NCBI GenBank assembly: GCA_963823555.1
Contig: CAWGMA010000001.1
Location: forward strand, 2,048,001 to 2,112,000
Length of the DNA: 64,000 nt
Direction: 5' to 3'
Source of the DNA: Candidatus Eiseniibacteriota bacterium
Lineage (GTDB): Bacteria; Eisenbacteria; RBG-16-71-46; CAVPCR01
This document shows, piece after piece, positions 1 to 10,378 of the stretch; positions within the stretch are counted from its first letter, which is position 1, and the number at the start of each line of letters is the position of its first letter. Under the pieces are notes generated by a model. The model saw only the letters and a program-made list of their open reading frames with translations, was not told the origin of the DNA and made no database searches. Position numbers and translations under genes: made by a program.

Positions 1-385
1 CTGCTCCTCCGGTGCGAGCGACTTGTACGCCATCGCGATGTGCGCGTCCGTGAAGGAGTAGTAGTAGAGTGGCGCATCGGTCTGCAGGTAGTAGGTCGGC
101 GCGAAGTCGCCGGTGTTCTCGTACGCCCACTGCTGCTGCAGCGGGATCCCGAAGAGCGCCACCCGCCCCACCTTGTCACCCATGATCTTCAGGAAGTCAT
201 GGATGCCCGGTGCCCTCCTGGATGTAGTTGGTCAGATGGAAATGCGAGTCGTGAAAGAGGTAGCCGTCCCCGGTTGCCCCGCCCGACTGCGCGATCGCCG
301 GATGTGGAAGCCCGACGACGAAGGCAAGCGCACCGAGCGCAGCGAGCAAGCGCCAGCGACCAGCTGCAGGGCAGAGGATGTTCAT
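1..385 (-). CDS. Secreted amidohydrolase-family protein (5' part; runs off the window; apparent +1 frameshift near 205-210)
   Basis: ATG at 385 followed by a signal peptide and the metal motif HDSHFH. Removing one G at ACCGGGCATC continues the frame as GIHDFLKIMGDKVGRVALFGIPLQQQW...YYLQTDAPLYYYSFTDA. Confidence 0.75.
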
Positions 386-604
386 AACGGATTTCTCCCT
401 GATCACTCCAATTACATGACAGCACACAAAACCAGATCCCAAGAGCAGCGGGAGGGTAGTACGTTGTGGGGACGAATGCAAGGGGGGGGGGAGAAGCCAA
501 AGTGCATCAAACGTGCCAGCTCTTTCGCGGAAAACGACAAGGAGATCGGAGCCCCCGGCGGCGCGGCGACTCCGACCTCCAGTGGCCTGCGACGGCCCCA
601 GCAC

Positions 605-1976
605 CTAGAGCAGGAAGTCGGTCCCGAGCGAAACGGTGGTACCCGTCTGTCCCGCGGTGTAGTAGCCGAAGTTCGATCCCGCCGGGCTCTTCTCGACGTG
701 GAGCACGTGCAGGTTCAATCGCCAGCTCCGGTTCCCGAACGGGTAGTAGCTCGCCCCGCCGCCCGCCTCCCAGGGGTTCCGCTCGAAGTCGTCCATGATG
801 TACGACGTGACGGCGTACAGCCCGACCTTCCTCGGGATGACCATGTGCATCGCCTCCAACATGAAGCCGTGATCGAGGATCGAATCCGTGGGCAGGGGAC
901 CGGTGGCCTGGAAATTGGAGAGCCAGCGCAGGTAGTACTCACCCTGGAACGAAAACCCGCGGTACTTGGCGCCGGCGTCGAAGGCCATCTCGTCGTAGTC
1001 GAGCTTCTCGATCGTGACGCCATCGGCCAGGGAGCCCGCTTCGAACAGATAGACACCGTCGGAGAGGCGGAGCTGGGTTTCATTCGGCGGCTGATCCACC
1101 GGCGCATAGCGGCTCTCCCGGGCGTGACACGCCGAGAGGCCGAAGCGAGTGGCGAGCTTCTCGTGCTCCTCGAGGTCGCCGAACCCTCCACGCGGGCCGA
1201 ACTCACCGGTCGTCGGCATGGTCCATACGCTCCCGCTGTAGGCGAAGTCGCGCGTGTCGTTGCTTGCGGTGACCCCGAGCTGACTCAGGTTCGTGGTGAT
1301 CGCGCCGGTGTAATAGAACCGGTCGATCGGCATGCCCGTGACGAAGAACGACGAGGAGAAGCCGCCACGCATGAAGTCCTCCGCCATCTGGCGGTCGCTC
1401 CCGGCCCAGAACGGCCACGTGCCCCGCATCGAGCGAGCGGTGAGGTTCGGCCCGAGGCCAACGCCAAAGGAAAGCTCCTCTGACATGGTATAGCGGAGAT
1501 TTCCGAAGATGAGGGACTGCTGGGTGGTGGGCAGGGACCAGATCGAGACATTGTAGCGGAAATTGGGATTGTAGAAGAAGCCGGTCAGCCACACGAAGGA
1601 GCGATGCCAGTTGATATCGTGTGCTCGCCTTCACCGTGCGTTCCCGGCCCAGGTGGTCGGTGAACGTCTGGTCGCCCGGCATCTGGTTCAGATACCGGAA
1701 GAGCCCGTACGCGCTGATGTTGAGGCTTCCCCGCTCGGTCTTGATGATGTCGAAGCCGGATCCTGGAGTGAACACGCCGGTAAACAGATTGGGGTACTTT
1801 TCCTTCGCCCTGGCGGTGGTCGAGTCGGCGGCCGGGGCCTCGATCGGCGCTTCCTGCGCGAGGGCCGGGTCCGAAGCGAGCAACACGATGGCGCCGAGAA
1901 GAAGCGCTGAGCCAGATAGAATCGCAAAGCCTGATGAACGTAGCGTCGATCCCTGCCAACGCATTGGTCCTGCCAT
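605..1976 (-). CDS. Outer-membrane porin-like beta-barrel protein (apparent frameshift near 1620)
   Basis: ORF 1203..1994 supplies the signal peptide and N-terminus. It joins ORF 605..1594 via 'DINWHRSFVWLTGF'. Alternating aromatic beta strands, 'KYRGFSFQGEYY', C-terminus ...LGTDFLL. Confidence 0.65.
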
Positions 1977-2086
1977 GAACCCGCTCCTTTCCACATCACG
2001 GCCCTACTTGCCAGCAAAGAAGTCCGGAGAGAACCGGCGCGCATAGTAGCACCTTCCATCCAGGCAAGAAAGCGGATGGACTCACA

Positions 2087-5000
2087 TCACTGCAGGAGCA
2101 CCATTTTGTGATGCAGTCTCTGTGGACCGACTCTTGCCTCGACGAAGTAGATGCCGCTCGGCAACGCCCGCCCGCGCCCATCCCTGCCATCCCAGCCGAG
2201 GCCGCTCTGCGTCCCACCGGGGAGCGTTCCCTCGAACAGCATCTTCACCTGGCGCCCGCTCGTGTCATAGATCGCGACCGAGACGGGAATGAGACCCGCT
2301 CCCGGCACGGTGAGCTCGATCGTGGTGCGCGGGTTGAAGGGATTGGGGTAGTTCCTGAGGCGAGCTCCCCGCGGGACTGCGGTCGCTGCGGCCGCGGGCG
2401 TCGTTGCACCCTCGTAACCCGCCTCTTCATAGGACACGGTGACAGGAATCGCTCCCGCACTTGCGCTTCGCACCTGCAGGAAACGGTAGTTGTTGGGTGC
2501 GGGGATCGCAAAGGGACTGGATAGCTGCACCCACGGCTCCCATTCGATGAACTTGAGGTCGTCGAACCAGGCCCGGCCGGCGCCGCTCGCGGGCGCTTCG
2601 TTGGAGCAGCGAATCTCGAAGTAGTCTCCGTTCGCCGGTGTCTCCAGATTGCGCCACTGATGGGTCCAGTCGCAACTTCCGGTGAAACGGGGGGCGGCGT
2701 CGGTCGAGGTGATGGGGTTGGTGGCGGAACGATCCGCATAGAAGCGGGCCATGATGCGGGCGGCCGCGGCGTTCTCCGCCTTCAGATAACCGGCGAACGT
2801 ATGACGCGCCGACGGATCGCAGGGCAGATGGCGCTCGAGGTCGGTCCCCACCTCGCCCTGGTCTCCAGGGTCGCGATCGAGGGCGAGCGACCGCCGCCCC
2901 GAGTGCGCCTCGGTATCGTCGAGCCACTCGTCCTCGGTGTTCGTATCCCACAAGGTGGCGCCCTCTTCCTCGAACCCGCCGTGCCACAGGATCTCGCGCC
3001 CCCACGACACCTCCCAGTCCTGGGATCCCCCCCCACTCACCCCCACGATCCGGGAGAGGTTGCCGTGGCCGGCGAGCTCGAGCGGGGGAGACAGCCAGAC
3101 ACCGTCCTCGGAAACCAGCTCCGCCGACACCTCGCCCCCCACGACGACCGAATCCGCCTCCTCGCGGCGGAGGAAGACACGGGCCAGGTTCTCGCTCGGA
3201 TAGACCGCGACGAGCGCGTTCATCGGCCGCGAGTAGTCGGCCAGGCGATCCATGATCTCGCGAGCGAGCTGACCGGTGGCCGGCTGGGGGATGTAGTCGT
3301 CGATCCAGGCCGGCATGAAGCGGTAGCCGATGATCCCGTCCTTGTCCATCTCGAGCGTCAGGACCATCGTCGGCATGGTCTCGGGGTAGTAGAGGTCGAA
3401 GACGAAGTTGCCGAGGCTGTGGGCGATCAGCTTGCCCTGGTAGGACTCGAAGCCCTGCAGCACGTGCGGGTGGTGGTTGATGACGACGTCGGCGCCGAGG
3501 TCGAGGGCCAGCCGCCGGAGCTCGCGATCGCCCGGCGACGGCTCGACCCGGAAGCGGAAGTCGGGGTCGCGGCGGAGATCTCGTCGGCCTCGACCGGGGG
3601 GGCCGCGGTGAAGGGCACGCCGCCGTCGGGCGGCGCGGTCTCGTACTCGTCCCCGCTGTGCATCTGGAGGATGACGATGTCCGCCGAGCTCCCGGCTGCG
3701 ACCGATGGCGGATTCGAGGTTGGGCGGGAGGAGGTAGCCGAACCCGGGCTTGTTGTAACCGGCATCCAGGAACGGCTGGTAGTTCCACAGGCGCCCGCTG
3801 CGGTTGCGACTGGCCGAGGAAGGCGATGCGCACGCCCTTCTCGGTCCAGAAGGTCGGCTGCAAGGGCGAAGTAGGCGTTGATGCCGGCCCCGCTGTAGCG
3901 GATGTCCATGCCCTCGAGGAGATCCATCGTGTCGAGCATGCCGATCTCGCCGTAGTCGATGATGTGGTTGTTGCCGATGTCGACCACATCGATCCCGGCG
4001 TACTGGATGCCGACGATGTTCTCGGGACGGCTGCGGAAGACGACGCTCTTGGTGGGATGGGGCGTCCCGCGATCGGTGTAGGAGCACTCGAGGTTGCAGA
4101 CGTTGACGTCGGCAGCATCGCCGAAGATGGGTCGGGTCGGGGTGAAGAGCGCCTCGATCCCGAACTGCTGGATGAGGCCACCCGGGGCTTCGTAGGCCCG
4201 GCCGGTGAAGACATCGCCCGACGAAGTTGACGGTGAGCGGCAGCTCCGCCGGGCCGGCCGTGACGCGAACCTGGCAGGTGTCGTTGCCGGCCAGCCCGAT
4301 CTCATCCCGGACCACGAGCCCCACCGTGTATGTGTAGTCGGACGTGATGAGGAACTCGTGCCGCGGATCCTGCTCGGCGCTGCTCGAGCTGTCGCCGAAG
4401 TCCCAGGCGAAGGCGTGGTCGGGGGAATCGGGATCGAAGACCTGGCTGTAGAACTGCACGGTGACCTGGAGCAGATGGTCGGCGACCCACTTGCTTTCTT
4501 CGATGGTGTAAAGGATATCGACGATGGGCGCCACGGGCAGATCGGCGGTGACGTCGATGATCTCATCGAAGATCGTCGTGCCCGCCGGGTTCTGGTCGTC
4601 GTCGTTGACGAAGAGGAGGGCGTTGATGGTCGGCAGGTAGCCGTGCGTCGCGAACCAGTCGGCACCGAGCGGGAGGAGGTAGACATGCCACTCCTCGGGG
4701 GAAAGCGCCCCCTGGTAGACCGTCCACCACTGAGAGCCCTGGGGCAGCTGGCTCCCGGCCATGGTGTAGAGGAGCTCGTTGGTGCCGTCGCTGATGCCGA
4801 AGGCCTGCATCTCACCGAGGTCCTCGACATGGACCGCCACCTGCCAGACCGTGCTGTCGGCGAGCGTGACCGGCGGGATGTCCTCGATCTTCCAGGTGTT
4901 GCCGAAGATCCGGAGCGCGTGCGAACCACCAAAGGGGTTGGCGGTCGTCAGTTCCCACGCCGCCGGCTGTTGGTCCTCCCCCGGATAGCTGCGGAGCGCG

Positions 5001-5143
5001 ACCGTCCCCGAATCGAAGTTCTCGATCGTCGTGCCGCGCGGGGCGGCCGACGAGCTGCGGCCGAAGAAGAGGAGCCAGCACGTGGCGAGAGCCAGAGCGG
5101 TCAGGGCGAGGACCGCATGTGGAACGTGCCGGGTCCGTGACAC
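2087..5143 (-). CDS. Secreted CapA/PGA_cap-family metallophosphoesterase with PKD domain, CBM-like domain and C-terminal FlgD-Ig/T9SS-type CTD (several frameshifts between about 3570 and 4215)
   Basis: Signal peptide; PKD motif 'FAWDFGD'. CapA motifs are spread over frames: VGDVFTGR, NLECSY, GNNHIIDYG, QMHSGDEY, INHHPHVLQ, HSLGNFVFD. C-terminus NYPNPFNP...WDGRDGRGRALPSGIYF. Confidence 0.75.
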   Translation of the reverse strand: MSRTRHVPHAVLALTALALATCWLLFFGRSSSAAPRGTTIENFDSGTVALRSYPGEDQQPAAWELTTANPFGGSHALRIFGNTWKIEDIPPVTLADSTVWQVAVHVEDLGEMQAFGISDGTNELLYTMAGSQLPQGSQWWTVYQGALSPEEWHVYLLPLGADWFATHGYLPTINALLFVNDDDQNPAGTTIFDEIIDVTADLPVAPIVDILYTIEESKWVADHLLQVTVQFYSQVFDPDSPDHAFAWDFGDSSSSAEQDPRHEFLITSDYTYTVGLVVRDEIGLAGNDTCQVRVTAGPAELPLTVNFVGRCLHRPGLRSPGWPHPAVRDRGALHPDPTHLRRCCRRQRLQPRVLLHRSRDAPSHQERRLPQPSREHRRHPVRRDRCGRHRQQPHHRLRRDRHARHDGSPRGHGHPLQRGRHQRLLRPCSRPSGPRRACASPSSASRNRSGRLWNYQPFLDAGYNKPGFGYLLPPNLESAIGRSRELGGHRHPPDAQRGRVRDRAARRRRALHRGPPGRGRRDLRRDPDFRFRVEPSPGDRELRRLALDLGADVVINHHPHVLQGFESYQGKLIAHSLGNFVFDLYYPETMPTMVLTLEMDKDGIIGYRFMPAWIDDYIPQPATGQLAREIMDRLADYSRPMNALVAVYPSENLARVFLRREEADSVVVGGEVSAELVSEDGVWLSPPLELAGHGNLSRIVGVSGGGSQDWEVSWGREILWHGGFEEEGATLWDTNTEDEWLDDTEAHSGRRSLALDRDPGDQGEVGTDLERHLPCDPSARHTFAGYLKAENAAAARIMARFYADRSATNPITSTDAAPRFTGSCDWTHQWRNLETPANGDYFEIRCSNEAPASGAGRAWFDDLKFIEWEPWVQLSSPFAIPAPNNYRFLQVRSASAGAIPVTVSYEEAGYEGATTPAAAATAVPRGARLRNYPNPFNPRTTIELTVPGAGLIPVSVAIYDTSGRQVKMLFEGTLPGGTQSGLGWDGRDGRGRALPSGIYFVEARVGPQRLHHKMVLLQ

Positions 5144-5270
5144 CGGAACTCACCCCCGCCGGGACTGGTCGTTGATCACGGCTGAACGGCTCCCCGCCGC
5201 CGCCGCCAAGCGCATACCATTATAGCAGCTGACGGTGCACGGAGGCGGGAGCGGCAGCCGGGTCGAGACT

Positions 5271-6935
5271 CTAGGCCGGCTCGTTCGTCGCTTCCTCGCC
5301 CGGGCCGCGACCACGAAGCACGGCCCAGGCTTCGGCGAGGACGAACAGCGCCAGCGCCACCAGCACGAGGTCGATGCCGACGATGATCCAGTCCGGCCGC
5401 TTGGCTCCACCGGGTGACAGCGCTCCGGCAATCTGCCAGATGAAGGCGCCGATCGTCGTGACCAGCATGAGGAGCGCCGGGATCAACGTGGGCCATACCG
5501 GCCGCCGCCGCGAGAGCAACCAGCACGACACGACGAGCAAGGCCAGGGCCGCCACCAGCTGGTTGGATGCGCCGAAGACCGGCCAGATCGCTCGCCATTG
5601 CCCCGTCAAGGCCAGGAACGCCGCGGCGGCGACCACGATCAGCGCCGGAAGATAGCGGTTCTTCCAGCCGGTGAGCTCCTCGATGAGATAGCGGCCAAGG
5701 CGGGTCGCAGTGTCGAGCGTGGTCAGGATGAAGAAGTTGAGGGCCATGATGGCGAAGGGCGTCCCGTAGCTCCCGAATAGCCACGACGTGAGCGTGCCAT
5801 AACCCTCGCCGAACGCGGTGATCGCCCCGCCGGCACCGCGCAAGAGCTCGGCATGACGCGCGGAGCTCAACCCCGCCCCCACCGCGATCAGCACCAGCAC
5901 CGCGACGAGGGACTCCACCAGCATCGCGCCGTACCCGATCCGGCAGGCGTGCCCTTCATCGGCAATCTGCTTGCAGGTGGTACCCGAGGAGACGACCGAG
6001 TGAAATCCCGAGATCGCGCCGCAGGCGATGGTCACGAACATCATCGGCCACAAGGGCCCCGCGATCGGCCAGTCCGGGGGGCGGAACCCGTGGAAGGCGG
6101 CGGCAGTCATGCCCGGCCCGGTCACGAACACACCGGCCACACCCAGACCGATCGTCGTGAACAGGACGAAGGAGGAGAGGTAATCCCGCGGCTGCAGCAG
6201 GTACTGGACCGGGAGCACGGAGGCCACGAAGCAGTAGCCGAGGAGAAGGAAGATCCAGACCGTCTGCGCGCTCATCCCGCCTGCCGCCGGCATCACGAGC
6301 GGAAAGACATGACCGACCTCCATCAGTGCAGCAATGGCAGCGAGCCCGAGGAGGGTCACGACCACGAGCTTCCCGTTGCTGTCCCGGCCGCGGTAGAGGA
6401 AGAAGCCGGCGAGCATGGCCACCGGGAGGATGCCCCAGCTCGGGATCACGATCTCGGGTGCCTGGATGAAGGTTCCGGCCGTCAGCACGGCGAAGACGGC
6501 GAGCACGAGCACGAGGGCGATGAGGATGAACAGGGAGAACAGGATTCGCGCCCGCCGGCTCACGACGCGCGCGGTCACCTCCGAGATCGAGACGCCACCG
6601 TGGCGCACGGCGGCAACGAGCGCGGAGAAATCCGCCACCGCGCCCATGAGCACACCGCCGATGAGGATCCAGACGAGGGACGGCGCCCAGCCCCAGTAGG
6701 CTACGGCGAGGGCCGGGCCGACGATGGGGCCGGCAGCGCAGATCGAGGAGAAATGGTGGCCGAAGAGGACGAGCCAGTGGCGCGCCGGGACGAAGTCAAC
6801 GCCGTCGCGCCGGGTATGGGCCGGGGTCGGCCGGGATCGATCCACCCCGAGGAGCCGGGAGAGAAATCGGCCGTAGATGAGGTACCCCACCCCCAGGACG
6901 CCGATCACGACCAGCATCATCAGACGCGAACTCAT
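5271..6935 (-). CDS. cstA: Carbon starvation protein A (peptide/pyruvate transporter)
   Basis: DGVDFVP, LFGHHFSSICAAGPIVGP, TIACGAISGFHS, TTLDTATRLGRY, IWPVFGASNQL; GAGGAG RBS before ATG 6935. Confidence 0.92.
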   Translation of the reverse strand: MSSRLMMLVVIGVLGVGYLIYGRFLSRLLGVDRSRPTPAHTRRDGVDFVPARHWLVLFGHHFSSICAAGPIVGPALAVAYWGWAPSLVWILIGGVLMGAVADFSALVAAVRHGGVSISEVTARVVSRRARILFSLFILIALVLVLAVFAVLTAGTFIQAPEIVIPSWGILPVAMLAGFFLYRGRDSNGKLVVVTLLGLAAIAALMEVGHVFPLVMPAAGGMSAQTVWIFLLLGYCFVASVLPVQYLLQPRDYLSSFVLFTTIGLGVAGVFVTGPGMTAAAFHGFRPPDWPIAGPLWPMMFVTIACGAISGFHSVVSSGTTCKQIADEGHACRIGYGAMLVESLVAVLVLIAVGAGLSSARHAELLRGAGGAITAFGEGYGTLTSWLFGSYGTPFAIMALNFFILTTLDTATRLGRYLIEELTGWKNRYLPALIVVAAAAFLALTGQWRAIWPVFGASNQLVAALALLVVSCWLLSRRRPVWPTLIPALLMLVTTIGAFIWQIAGALSPGGAKRPDWIIVGIDLVLVALALFVLAEAWAVLRGRGPGEEATNEPA

Positions 6936-7092
6936 TCCGCCCTCCTCGGATTGGTCCACCAAGCCGGGGAGTATAGCGCTGCGGCGAGATCTTGCCAGGA
7001 TCTCGCGCGGGGAAACCCGCCCGGCGCCGCGCCAAGCGCGGCGCCTTCACGACAGGTGCCGCTCCATGGAGCGGTGCGTCGCCTCCACTCCG

Positions 7093-7767
7093 CTATCCGG
7101 GTCGATCGGCGCTGTTCTTCCGCCGTAGCTGAGCGGCCGAGTGCATCGACACGAAACGAGCCACCAGGATGGCGATGTACATGATACCGGTCACCGATTC
7201 GGCGACAGCGGCGGCTCGAGCCATGGAGTAGCTGGGAGCAACATCCCCGTATCCGAGCCCGGCAAGGGTGACAAAGCTGAAATAGAGCACATCGCCGAAA
7301 CCAATGTCCTGGCGGGAGAAGTCCGCACCGAAGTCGATGGCCGCCGGATCGATGATGAACAGCGCTTCGAAGACATTGGCGAAGATGAGACCCAGCAGCA
7401 GGTACACCGATACGGCACCCGCGATCTCCCCATGCGAGACATCCTCGGCGTTGTAGATGGTGGCGAAGACGCGCAGTGCGAGGAAAGCCGGCGCCAGGAT
7501 CCAGAAGCCGACCTTGACCAGGTCGAGGAGGAGGAGACCGGATCCCCAGGCCACGACGAGGTTCAGCATCGGGGCCACGCTACCCAGGAGCAGCATGATC
7601 CAGAAATCACGTCTCCGACCGGTGATCCGACCGAGAATCAAGGCCATTGCCAGCGCCATGACCAGCGTGCTGACATCGGTCCAGGGACGATGCAGCACAT
7701 CCATGGCCAAGGCGACCAGGTGGATCACCAGCACGGCCAGCAGCATGTTGTAGCGGTTTGCCATCAT
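7093..7767 (-). CDS. Potassium channel family protein (Ion_trans_2)
   Basis: Multiple TM helices; pore motif LYFSFVTLAGLGYGDVAP followed by ARAAAVAESVTG. Confidence 0.85.
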   Translation of the reverse strand: MMANRYNMLLAVLVIHLVALAMDVLHRPWTDVSTLVMALAMALILGRITGRRRDFWIMLLLGSVAPMLNLVVAWGSGLLLLDLVKVGFWILAPAFLALRVFATIYNAEDVSHGEIAGAVSVYLLLGLIFANVFEALFIIDPAAIDFGADFSRQDIGFGDVLYFSFVTLAGLGYGDVAPSYSMARAAAVAESVTGIMYIAILVARFVSMHSAAQLRRKNSADRPG

Positions 7768-7866
7768 GGTGAACCCGGGTGGCTCCCGCGGCCTCCGGCC
7801 GCGGGAGCCACGCCGCAGACCCGGCGCGACGCGATTCGCGCCGGGCAGAGACCGGAAGCGTATCTC

Positions 7867-8238
7867 TCAGAAGCTCAAGGTCGCCGCACCCTGCTTGACG
7901 ACCGCCAGCATGGCAACGGACCCGGCGAGCACCGCGCCGTCGATCAGGTCGCTCTCCGTGTAGCCCCGGACCTTGGCACACGGCGGACAGACCATGACGG
8001 TACTGCCCTTGGCGATCACGTTCTGGATCATCTCCTTCAGCGTCGGATCGAGAGGATTCAACCGCGCCGTGTCCGCTCCACCCTTGCGGGCCCAGTCCAC
8101 GCCGGCACTGGCGAGGAACACCGTCAGTTCGAGGCCGGAGGCAATGGCACCGTTCGCGATGCTCCAGGCCACCGAGGCGCGTTCATCATCGAGACCACGC
8201 GTGATAACGATGACCATCTTCTTGGTTTCTTCTGCCAT
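7867..8238 (-). CDS. DsrE/DsrF-like family protein
   Basis: VIVITRG...ELTVFLASAGV...VMVCPPCAKVRG...ATLSF; GAGGAG RBS. Confidence 0.85.
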   Translation of the reverse strand: MAEETKKMVIVITRGLDDERASVAWSIANGAIASGLELTVFLASAGVDWARKGGADTARLNPLDPTLKEMIQNVIAKGSTVMVCPPCAKVRGYTESDLIDGAVLAGSVAMLAVVKQGAATLSF

Positions 8239-8371
8239 GAATCATCTCCTCTGCGAATGGGGGGAATGTCGCACGCCCAAAACGGGCGCCAGCATAGCAC
8301 CTTTGCGGCTGAGACGACCGGAACGAAGCTCGCGCAGCGAACCCGCCCGCCTGGGGAGCCATCAAGGCGAG

Positions 8372-10378
8372 CTACCGGCGCTGAACCTCGCGGGGGTGGC
8401 GCGCGAGCAGCATTCGGATGACGAGGACGGCTGCGGCAAGCAGGAAGAGGATGGTCACCAGGACCCGCGACCACGCCGGGATCTGCGGGCCATGGAGATC
8501 TCGGCGTCCGAGGGTCGCTACCGCCGTGGGCGCGGACCATGCGGTGGGCGCGTTCCGCGGTGGCAGGGCGCGGACACGGTACTCGTAGGTCGTCCCGGGA
8601 TCGAGGCCGGCGTCGTTCAGGGTGAAGGTTGCCGTCTCTCCCACCGGTTGCCACGAGCCCCCCCCATCCCGGCGCTCCCAGGCATGACGCACCGGAGCGA
8701 CGTTGCCCTTCGCCCACAGATAGATCTGTGTCGTCCTCGCGCGCGCGAGAACGACCTGGGGCACCGTCCACGGCGGGGATCCCGCCGGCAGCCTTTCGTC
8801 GCTCGGCGGCGGTGGGTCGGAAGCGATCGCGTCCTCGGGGGACATGATGCAGATCGCCAGCCCATCGCGGAAACGCGGCACTTCGAGGTCGAGTTCTCCG
8901 CTGGCGCTGATCCCCGTCAGCCGGACCTCGCGGGCGGCCGCGCGCGCCAGCGCATCCGGATCGAAGGGACTGACGGCCTCGGCCACGAGACTCCACGCGC
9001 GCACGGCGATCGGCCCCGCCATCGCCCACTCCGCCACGGCCGGTGGCAGTCGCAATGTCAGGATCCCGGCACCGATCGCCGCCCCTGCCGTACCCGGAGT
9101 CGTCTCGAGCAGCACGGCGACGCAGCCCGGTGCGCCCCGCGCATAGGCGTGCGGCGCCGGACTCCGCTCGATCGGGATCGGCACCGCCGCTCGCAGGCTC
9201 GAGAGCGCAGGGACGCGCGGCAACGTGGGCAGGAACCCCGCACAGTCGGGTTGCGCCCGATACGCCAGCGCTCCCCAGTCCGCGTATCCCGCGTTCATCG
9301 CAACCCCGGCGGCGAGCACGCGCCAGTACATGCGCGCGCTCCGCGAGCGGAGGCCCGCATCCGGACTGATGCTCAGGTCATCCTGGAAGAAGAAGTACTG
9401 CCTCCTTCCGCTGTCCGGATTCCAGTCGATGTTGCGCACTCCGAAGGTCGGCCGGCGATACCGGCCGCGGGCCGCGACGTGGTCCTCGTGCCGGCCGAGA
9501 TCGAGGAAAGCGACATCGAGTCGCGGGTTCGAGAGCGACCAGCCCGTCTCCTGACGATCCCGGCCCTCGTCATTCAAGCCCACCAGCACCTCGAGACCGG
9601 TCTCGCGCTCCCAGGAGTCGAACTCGTCGAGCATCGCCTCGATCCAGCCAGGGTGCATCCCGGTGCCGTTTCCGATCTCGTTCATGACATCGTAGAAGAC
9701 GTTGCCGAGATCCCCGGTGGCATCGAGGATCCGGCGCACCCACGCCCGCTGGTGGGCAATGAGCCGCAGATCACGTTCCGGCGAAATCACAAACTCGTCG
9801 GGTCCGGCGTGACGCGAGAGCTCGGGATTCACGTTGCGTCCGGGGTTGTAATAACAGCGATCCCACGATTTCTTCCAGGTGACGGCTTGCCAGAGCTGGA
9901 GGTGTACGAAGATGCCGCTCTCCCGGAAGAGGAGGCACGCCTCCCGCAATCGTTCGAAGTAGCGTTCGTTGAACCGCTCGAGATCGAACCGATCCGGATC
10001 GGAGGCGGAGCGCTCGAAAGCGTCAAGCCAGCGCGGACCCACCTCGTGGCTGGGTGGGTACGAGCGTACGATCGTCACCCCGCGCTCTGTGGCGAAGTGG
10101 GCGAAGTCACGAAAGTCGAGATCGGGGTCGGCCGCCTCTCCGGGCGGGAGGCAGGTCAGGATGCCCTGCGGCGACAGGCCGAATCCAAAGGCCGGAGCGC
10201 CGCCATAGGACACCCACGCCGCCGCGGTCCCGGCGGCCTCGATCGCGAGCCGGGGCCCATCGTGCTGCGCACGGGAAACGGGCGCGAAGACGACAGCCGC
10301 CGCCAGCACGCCGGCCAGGAGCAGCACCCGAGGGCTTGGAGCGCATGTGGGGAGAAGCGCCCGCGCGCGGGGACCCAC
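8372..10378 (-). CDS. Secreted glycoside-hydrolase-like TIM-barrel protein with FN3 domain and C-terminal membrane anchor
   Basis: Signal peptide; FDLERFNERYFERL...GIFVHLQLW...VFYDVMNE (clan GH-A-like NE); FN3-like LDPGTTYEYRVRA; terminal TM helix plus basic tail. Start codon overlaps the upstream stop (TAGTG). Confidence 0.55.
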   Translation of the reverse strand: MGPRARALLPTCAPSPRVLLLAGVLAAAVVFAPVSRAQHDGPRLAIEAAGTAAAWVSYGGAPAFGFGLSPQGILTCLPPGEAADPDLDFRDFAHFATERGVTIVRSYPPSHEVGPRWLDAFERSASDPDRFDLERFNERYFERLREACLLFRESGIFVHLQLWQAVTWKKSWDRCYYNPGRNVNPELSRHAGPDEFVISPERDLRLIAHQRAWVRRILDATGDLGNVFYDVMNEIGNGTGMHPGWIEAMLDEFDSWERETGLEVLVGLNDEGRDRQETGWSLSNPRLDVAFLDLGRHEDHVAARGRYRRPTFGVRNIDWNPDSGRRQYFFFQDDLSISPDAGLRSRSARMYWRVLAAGVAMNAGYADWGALAYRAQPDCAGFLPTLPRVPALSSLRAAVPIPIERSPAPHAYARGAPGCVAVLLETTPGTAGAAIGAGILTLRLPPAVAEWAMAGPIAVRAWSLVAEAVSPFDPDALARAAAREVRLTGISASGELDLEVPRFRDGLAICIMSPEDAIASDPPPPSDERLPAGSPPWTVPQVVLARARTTQIYLWAKGNVAPVRHAWERRDGGGSWQPVGETATFTLNDAGLDPGTTYEYRVRALPPRNAPTAWSAPTAVATLGRRDLHGPQIPAWSRVLVTILFLLAAAVLVIRMLLARHPREVQRR

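Noticed and set aside
197..210. In-frame TGA as possible selenocysteine or readthrough
   Set aside because: The coding sequence resumes in a different frame, so this is an indel rather than recoding.
481..491. Poly-G tract next to a candidate -35 element, as a phase-variation site
   Set aside because: It lies outside the promoter spacer, and homopolymer lengths are unreliable in this assembly.
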